Part shown: positions 56,786-64,000 of the stretch, one piece after another
How the letters are laid out: every line of letters begins with the position of its first letter
How positions within the stretch are numbered: position 1 is the stretch's first letter
Source of the DNA: the human T2T-CHM13v2.0 reference genome, Homo sapiens
Length of the DNA stretch: 64,000 nt
NCBI RefSeq assembly: GCF_009914755.1
Contig: NC_060937.1
Strand: one strand, 5' to 3'
Program-made: the position numbers and the translations under genes
The notes under the pieces: generated by a model
Told to the model about the DNA's origin: nothing
The model's input: only the letters and a program-made list of their open reading frames with translations
The model's database searches: none

Positions 56786-58529
56786 ACTAGAAGGCAGGCT
56801 CTTCACTAAGACACTCTTAAAGTCTTCATGTATATGCCCATGTGTTCCTGATACCACTGGACTTTTCATCCTTGTCTTGTGCCCGTTTTCAAGAGAATTC
56901 TTCCAGCTTTTTCCCATTCAGTTTGATATTGGCTGTGGGTTTTTCATAGGTAGCTCTTATAATTTTAAAATATGTTCCCTTAATGCCTAGTTTGTTGAGG
57001 GGTTTTAAGATGAAGGAATGTTGAATTTTATTGAAAGTCTTTTCTGCATCTATTGAAATAATTATGTGGTTTTTGTTTTTATTTTGTTTATGTGACAAAT
57101 CACATTTAATGATTTGCGTATGTTGAAGCAACCTAGTATCCCAGGAAGAAAGCCTACTTGATCATGATGCATTAGCTTTTGATGTGATGCTGGATTAAGT
57201 TTGCTAGCATTTTGTTGAAGATTTATGCATCAATGTTCATCAAGGATATTGGTCTGAAGTTTTTTTTTAATTGGTGTGTATCAGGATGATGCTGGCCTCA
57301 TAGAACGAGCTGGTGAAAAATTAATCCTCCCCAATTTTTGGCATAGTTTCAGTAAAAATGGTACCAGTTATTTATTCTTTTACATCTGGTAGAATTTGGC
57401 TGTGAATCTGTCTGGTCCTGGGCTTTTTTGGTTTGTAGACTTTTTATTACTGATTCAACTTTAGAACTCGTTATTGGTCTGTTCAATGATTCAATTTCTT
57501 CCTGATTCAGCTTTGGAAAGTTGCATGTGTCCAGGAATTTATCCATTTCTTCTAGATTTTCTAGTGTGTCTGCAAAGAGCTGTTCAGAGTAGTCTCCGTT
57601 AATATTTTTTTTTTGTATTTCTGTGGGGTCAGTGGTAATGTCCCCCTTTTGATTTCTAATTGTGTTATTCGGATCTTCTCTCTTTTTTATTAGTCTAGCT
57701 AGCAGTCTGTATATCTTACTAATTTTTTAAAGAACCAATTTCTGCATTCATTGATCTTTTGTATGGTTTTTCACATCTCACTTTCCTTCACTTCAGCTCT
57801 AATTTTGGTTAGTTCTTGTCTTCTGCTAGCTTTGGGGTTAGTTTATTCTTGCTTCTACAGTTCTTCTAGTTGTGATGTTAGGTTGTTAACTTGGAATCTG
57901 TCCAACTTTTTGACGGGGGCATTTAGTGCTGTAAATTACCCTGTTAGTACTGCCTTACCTGTGTCCCAGAGATTCTGGTGTATTGTATCTTTGTTCTCAT
58001 TAGTTTCAAATAATTTCTTGATTTCTGCCTTAATTTCATTATTTATCAAAAAACCATTCCAGAGCAGGTTAATTTCCATACAATTGTATGGTTTTGAGTG
58101 ACTTTCTTTGTATTGATTTCTATTTTTATTGTGCTGTGGTCCAAGAACATGGTTGGTATCATTTTGGTTCTTTGGCATTTGCAAAAGATTGTTTTATGTC
58201 CTTTTGTGTGGTCTATATTACAGTATGTGCCATGTAGCCATGAGAAGAATGTATATTCTGTTGTTTTGGGGTAGAGAGTTTTATAGATGTCTATTAGGTC
58301 TATTTGGTCAAGTGTTCAGTTCAGGTACTGGATGTTTGTTAATTTTCTGCTTCTATTACGTGTCTAATACTGTCAGTAGCGTGTTGAAATCTCTCACTAT
58401 TATTGTGTGGGAATGTAAGTCGCTTCATAAATCTCTAAGAATTTGCTTTATGAATCTGGGTGGTGCTATGTTTGGTGTGTATATACTCAGGATAGTTAGG
58501 TATTCTTTTTGAATTGAATCGTTTACCAT

Positions 58530-59767
58530 TACTGGTGCAATGGTCATTGTGGTTTCAGACCATGAATTTTAAATCAGTATAACTAGGCTCAAACACATCT
58601 TTATTAATCAAAACAGGAACCATTATAATAAACACATTTTTGCCAATGAGAAATAAGTTTGTTTATTCCTGTAGTGTAAAAATCTGTGCTTTGGGATTTG
58701 ACAAACTCTTGGAAAGCATTTTCTGCATCTTGCTTGTTGTGGAAGCATTTTCCCTGCAAAAAGTTGTCGGGATGCTTGAAGAAGTGGTAGCTGGTTGGTG
58801 AGAAGCAAATTTCATAGCTCAATTTGTTCAACTTTCAAAGTGTTGGTTGGGCAATGTGCATTCAGATGTTGTCATGGAAAAGAATCAGCCCCTTTCTGTT
58901 GACCAGTGCTGGCTGCAGGCGATAGAGTTTTCAGTGCATCTCATCGATTTACTGAGCATACTTCACAGATGTAATGGTTTCAATGGGATTCAGAAAGCTG
59001 TAGAAGATCAGACTGGCAGCAGACCACCAAACAGTGACCATGACCTCTTTTTGGTGCAAGCTTGGCTTTGGGAAGTTCTTTCTTTGGAGCTTCTTATCCG
59101 TCCAACCACTGAGCTGGTCATTGCTGGTTATTGTATAAAGTCCACTTTTTGTCACACATCACAATCCAATTGAGAAATGGCTCATTGTTGCTGTGTAGAA
59201 TAAGAGAAGATGACATTTCAAAACGACAAGTTTTTTTATTTTTGTTCAGCTCATGAGGCATCAATAAGCAGGTACTTATGGAGCTTTTTCACCTTTCCAA
59301 TTTGCTTCAAATACCAAATCACCATAGGATGGTCAATATTGAGTTCTTCAGCAACTTCTTGTGCAGTTGTAAGAGGATCAGCTTTGATGATCACTCTCAA
59401 TTTGTCATTGTCAACTCCCATATCCTTTGAAAAACTTCTTGAACCACCACTGCACTGTAAATTTGTTAGCAGTTCCTGGGCCAAATGTGTTGTTGATGTT
59501 GCAGGTTGTCTCCATAGCTTTATGACCCATCTTGAACTTGAATAAGAAAATCGCTCACATTTTCTTTTAGTCTAACATCATTTCCATAGCCTAAAATAAA
59601 CATAACATAAAGAGCAAGTAATAAGTCATTAGCAAAAAACCATAAAGCGAGAAATGCCCATTAAAATGATGTATAACATAACCACATTTATTTGGCAATA
59701 TATCCCAATACCAAATGGCAAATTCCAACAATGCAAAAACAGCAATTACTTTTGCACTCACCCAATA
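58530..59767 (-). mobile_element. Hsmar1 mariner, near full length, inserted at TA in L1
   Basis: TIR (minus) TTGGGTGAGTGCAAAAGTAATTGCTGTT at 59765-59738 plus TA; degenerate second TIR ctggtgcaatggtcattgtggtt at 58532; L1 sequence is colinear on both sides. Confidence 0.95.
58604..59587 (-). pseudogene. Dead Hsmar1 transposase (homologous to the SETMAR transposase domain)
   Basis: ATG GAA ATG ATG TTA GAC TAA (early stop); VDNDKLRVIIKADPLTTAQEVAEELNIDH; VMVTVWWSAASLI; SPTSYHFFKH.DNFLQGK.FHN.QDAENAFQEFV...INKLISHWQKCV. Confidence 0.93.
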
Positions 59768-60769
59768 TAACGCTCTTCTTTATCTTTTTAAAAAACCTTT
59801 GTCGGTTTAAAGTCTGTTTTATCTAAAATTAGGATACCAGTCCCTGCTTTTTCTGTTTTCCATTTGCTTGGTAGATTTTTCTCCATCCCTTTATTCTGAG
59901 GCTATGCTGTCACTGCGTGTAAGATTGGGTTTTGCTTCTTTATCCAGCATGCCACTCTGTGTCTTTTAATTGGGGGCATTTAGCCTGTTTACATACAAGG
60001 TTAATATTGGTATGTGCAGATTTGATCCCATCATTGTATTGTTACTAGGTTGACTGGTTTGTGTGGTTGCTTTACGGTGTCATTGGTCTGTGTACTTATG
60101 TATGTTTTTTTAGTGACTGGTAATCATCCTTTCTTTTCATATTTAGTGCACTTTTCAGGACCTCTTGTAAGGCAGGTTTGGTGAGCATTTGCTTTTGCTT
60201 AGCATTTGCTTGTCTGTAAAGATCTTATTTCTCCTTCACTTATGGAGCTCAGTTTGGCAGGATACAAAATTCCTGGTTGGAAATTATTTTCTTCAAGAAT
60301 GCTGAATATAAGCTCTGAATCTCTTTCTGGCTTGTAGTGTTTCTCCTGAAAGGCCAGCTGTTAGCCCGATGGGCTTCCCTTTGTAGGTGACCCGCCCCTT
60401 CTCTCTAGCTTCCTTTAACATTTTGTTCTCTCATTTTGACCTTATAAAATCTGATTATTGTGTCTTGGAGATGGTTCTCACAGGGGTTCTCTGCATTTTC
60501 TGAATTTGAATATTGGTCTGTCTAGCAAGGGTGGGGAAGTTTTCATGGACGATATCCTGAAAAATGTTTTCCAAGTTGCTTGCTTTCTCCGCATCTCTTT
60601 CAGGAATGCCAGTGAGTCACAGGTTTGCTCTCTTTACATAATCCCATGTTTCTCAGAGGTTTTGTTCATTCTTTTTTATCCTTTTTTCTTCATTTTTTTC
60701 TGACTATTTCAGAGAGTCAGTCTTCAAGCTCTGAGATTCTTTCCTCAGCTTGGTCTATTCTGCTGTTAA

Positions 60770-61073
<304 letters not shown>

Positions 61074-61399
61074 TGTAATTCTTTTACTTTGTTTTACAGC
61101 TCTATCAGGTCAGTTTAGTTCTTTTACATGATGGCTTTTTTTTTTTTTTTTTTTTAAATCATTCAGCTCCTGTAACATTTTATTGTGATGCTCTGCTTCC
61201 TTGGATTGGGTTTCTATGTTCTCATGAATGTTGATGATCTTTGTTTTTATCCTTATTCTGAATTATATTTCTGTCATTTCAGCTATTTCAGCCCTAGAAC
61301 CACCCTTGCTGGAGAACTAGTGTGGTCATTTGTCTCTTGGGGGTCCACCACAGACAGATGTGGAGCCACTATCAATCAGTGTGATTGGCCCAGGATGGA

Positions 61400-62830
61400 G
61401 CATCTGTGCTATAGGCCCAAGCTGGGAGAGACTTGCCTGGTGACTAGCAGCAGTGGGGTGGAGCGCGGGGGGAGACCTGGGAAAGACAGACTTCCTCTCC
61501 TCATTAGGGTGGCTGCATCTTGCTGAATCTGTGTGTAAAGCACTCAGGGTCTTTGCTTCTTCCCTGATCTGAGGGCAGCAAGGGCAGTACCACTGCAGTG
61601 GCAGTTGTAGTGGGGCTTTCAGTTGCCTCTGGGAGCTCCAACTCAGAGAAACAAAGAGTTGCTGCTGCTGGAAATATTCGGCCAAGGGGTGGGGCAATTG
61701 CTCTGCTGGCCCAAGCTACAGGCTCTGCTTGGTGAAGAGTCAGGGAACGAGGGCTCACAGGGAGAAGAGACTGGGCTCCTCTCCATATGCTGACTGTAGT
61801 GTGCTGGAAGCTCAGGTGAACCCCTCAAAGTCTTTGTTTCTTCTTAGATCAAGGGCAGCAGGGGCAGGACCATTGTTTTGGCAGTAGTAGGGGGGCTGTC
61901 ACTTGCCTCTGGGAGCCTCTTCTCAGGAAACACAGAGCCACTAGCAGTGGGAATGTTCAGCCAGGGATGGGGTGGTTGTTCTTGGTACCAAGCCAGGGGC
62001 CCTGCTTGGTGAGGGGAGAAGGTGAGGGCTCACAGGGAAGAGAGACCGGACTTCTCTTCGAATGGGCTGCAGTATACTGGTGGTGCCAGAATAACAATTA
62101 GACTCTTTATTTCTTCTCTCATCCAAGGGTGATTAGGGCAGTACCTCTGCAGCTGCAATGGCAGAAGGGTTGTGTATTCTCTCTGGGAATTTCTTAGAGA
62201 AATGCAGAGCTGCTTCTGACTGAAGTGTTCAAGGCGGAGTAAGGGAATTGTGCTGGAGTTGGAAGGTCCCACCCAGTGAAGAGAAGCAAGGACAGAAACC
62301 CACATGGAGAAGAGTCTGGCCACTTTTCTGTGGGATGGCTGCACTGTGCTGGGAGCCACACCACTGCCTAATCACCACATACTCCCCAGAACTCACAGGG
62401 TATAGTGGCAAGGGCTGTGAGACAGCAAGAATGGCATCTGGCCTCTCACTCTTAGAGCTCTGTCCCAGGAAAGTGCAGAGCTGCTACTGGCCCAAGATCT
62501 TTGGTGGGATGTGGCTGGAGTCCCAGTTTGGTGGGTCTTGCCCCATGAGGAAAAGCAGGAGCCATCTGGGAGCCACATAAAAAATAGCCTGACTTCTTTT
62601 CGATGGGATGGCTACACTGCAATGGAGATCCGCGCCTCTCCCTAATCACTACTCAAGCCTGAAGGCTATGGAGGCGGGGGCTGCAAGACAGCAAAAATGC
62701 TGGCCAGCCTCTCTTTCTGGGAGCTTTATCCCAGAGAATTACAGAGCTGTTAGTTGCTTAGAGTCCAGAGGGTTGGAGGCTGGAGACCCAGGCAGGTGGG
62801 CCTTAGCCTGTGAGATGCAGTGGAGGTGAG
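61400..62830 (-). repeat. Degenerate ~275-bp tandem units in the L1 5' UTR
   Basis: Recurring 'gggcag.acc...ctctgggagc..agaaa..cagag' near 61572, 61852, 62127, with weaker copies near 62410 and 62670. Confidence 0.7.
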
Positions 62831-64000
62831 GCTTGCAGTCCATTGCTGCTCAGGACCCTGGATTTAGTTCCTTTCCTGTGGGCATGTGAGAGAACCTGTC
62901 CTCCTCCACAGCCAGAGCTGCTGCTGCTAATTCTGGGATGTCCAGGGAATCAAGGCTCCAGGGACTCTGCATGTGCCTGAGCGGCAGCTCTGCCCAGACT
63001 CCCCATAGCTCTCTGTGTTGGTCTGGAGCCCCTGGTTGGGAGCTCACTGGGCATCTCCTGAGTTCAGGGTTGCAAAGGTCCATGGAAGAATTGTGGGTCT
63101 CCAGGGACTCTTACTCATTCATCATTTTCCCATGGTGAGGAAGACTCCCCTGACTTTGTGATACTCTCAGGTGGGTGGTCATCCTGTCTTGCTCCTCTCC
63201 ATTCTCCTTAGGTCGAGTTGTTTCCTTGATGAATCCCAATGTGTCTACCGAGATGTTCCAGTTGAAGATCTAGTAATTAAAGGTATTTGTTATTCAATGA
63301 ATATTGTAGTATAAACTATTAATTTCTGCCTCAGCCTTTCAAGACTCTATAAATTAATTGTTCTAATGCTTCTCCTATGCTTGGCAAGAAAATTGGATAG
63401 AGAAATATAGTTAGAGAAATAGTAGAAGAAAATCCACTGATTTTATTTTTCTCTTTATGTTAATTTTTTGAAGGTCTCTTTACACCAGAGCTAAGATCAC
63501 GAATAAAGGAGCAGCTTTGGGTTTGCAGAGATTACACAGGAATGTATGTTTCTGGCAGGTCATTTGCCATCTTTGCAAGGAGTGTACATGGATGTCATCA
63601 TTACAAAGGATGTGAGAGGTAATTGCTTTATTGTATTAAGAGAAGCAAACAGAAATCATAGTTCAAATGATTGCAACTCAAGTTTTGGCAATATTAATGA
63701 ACTTCAGGAAAAATTTAATTGAACTCTGTTAGAGCAAAATAAGTTAGTGACTTAATATTTTAATCAAACGATGTATTTTTCTGTCATATTAAGAAAAAAA
63801 TTCTGGGTTTTTTTTGGTAATAAAAATGGCCTAATGAACAGTTTCTAAAGTTAACCAAATGTTTAAATTACTTTTCAGGAAAAATTTATTCAAGAAGCAC
63901 TTATTAAAATTTCTTCCACTGTGCTGGATCCTTAATTTACATACTTGTTTGTAGATTCTGTTTCTCTTTAAGTATTTTTTAAAAATTCATATGGAATATT

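Noticed and set aside
58604-59587. SETMAR gene
   Set aside because: Transposase is broken by stops and indels, sits between TIRs inside an L1, and no SET-domain exon is present.
61185-63138. Dense overlapping 60-120 aa ORFs
   Set aside because: Result of GC-rich, stop-poor L1 5' UTR repeats; no coherent protein.

Overview
AT-rich primate (most likely human) intergenic or deep-intronic genomic DNA; roughly half or more is transposable-element relics. It contains 12 Alus, several L1s (a TSD-flanked L1PB1-type copy with an internal deletion at 20.5-24.2 kb, a 3'-truncated old primate L1 at 56.9-63.3 kb, L1PA and L1M fragments), a near full-length Hsmar1 mariner nested in that L1, a decayed ERVL provirus remnant (pro-RT-RNaseH-IN) at 9.6-12.6 kb, solo LTRs (THE1, MST, MLT1, MER41-like, LTR26-like), MIR/L2/L3 and old DNA-transposon fragments. 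I recognise no host protein-coding exon, tRNA, rRNA or CRISPR array. The ORF-track entries are TE-derived or chance ORFs. I cannot support a new biological system here. The best leads are rearrangement scars inside TEs, a possible spliced + strand non-coding transcript at 27.8-31.3 kb, and TE-poor, CpG-retaining unique DNA at 0.3-8.7 kb. Subfamily names come from my recollection of consensus sequences and need RepeatMasker/Dfam confirmation; boundaries of old elements are approximate.
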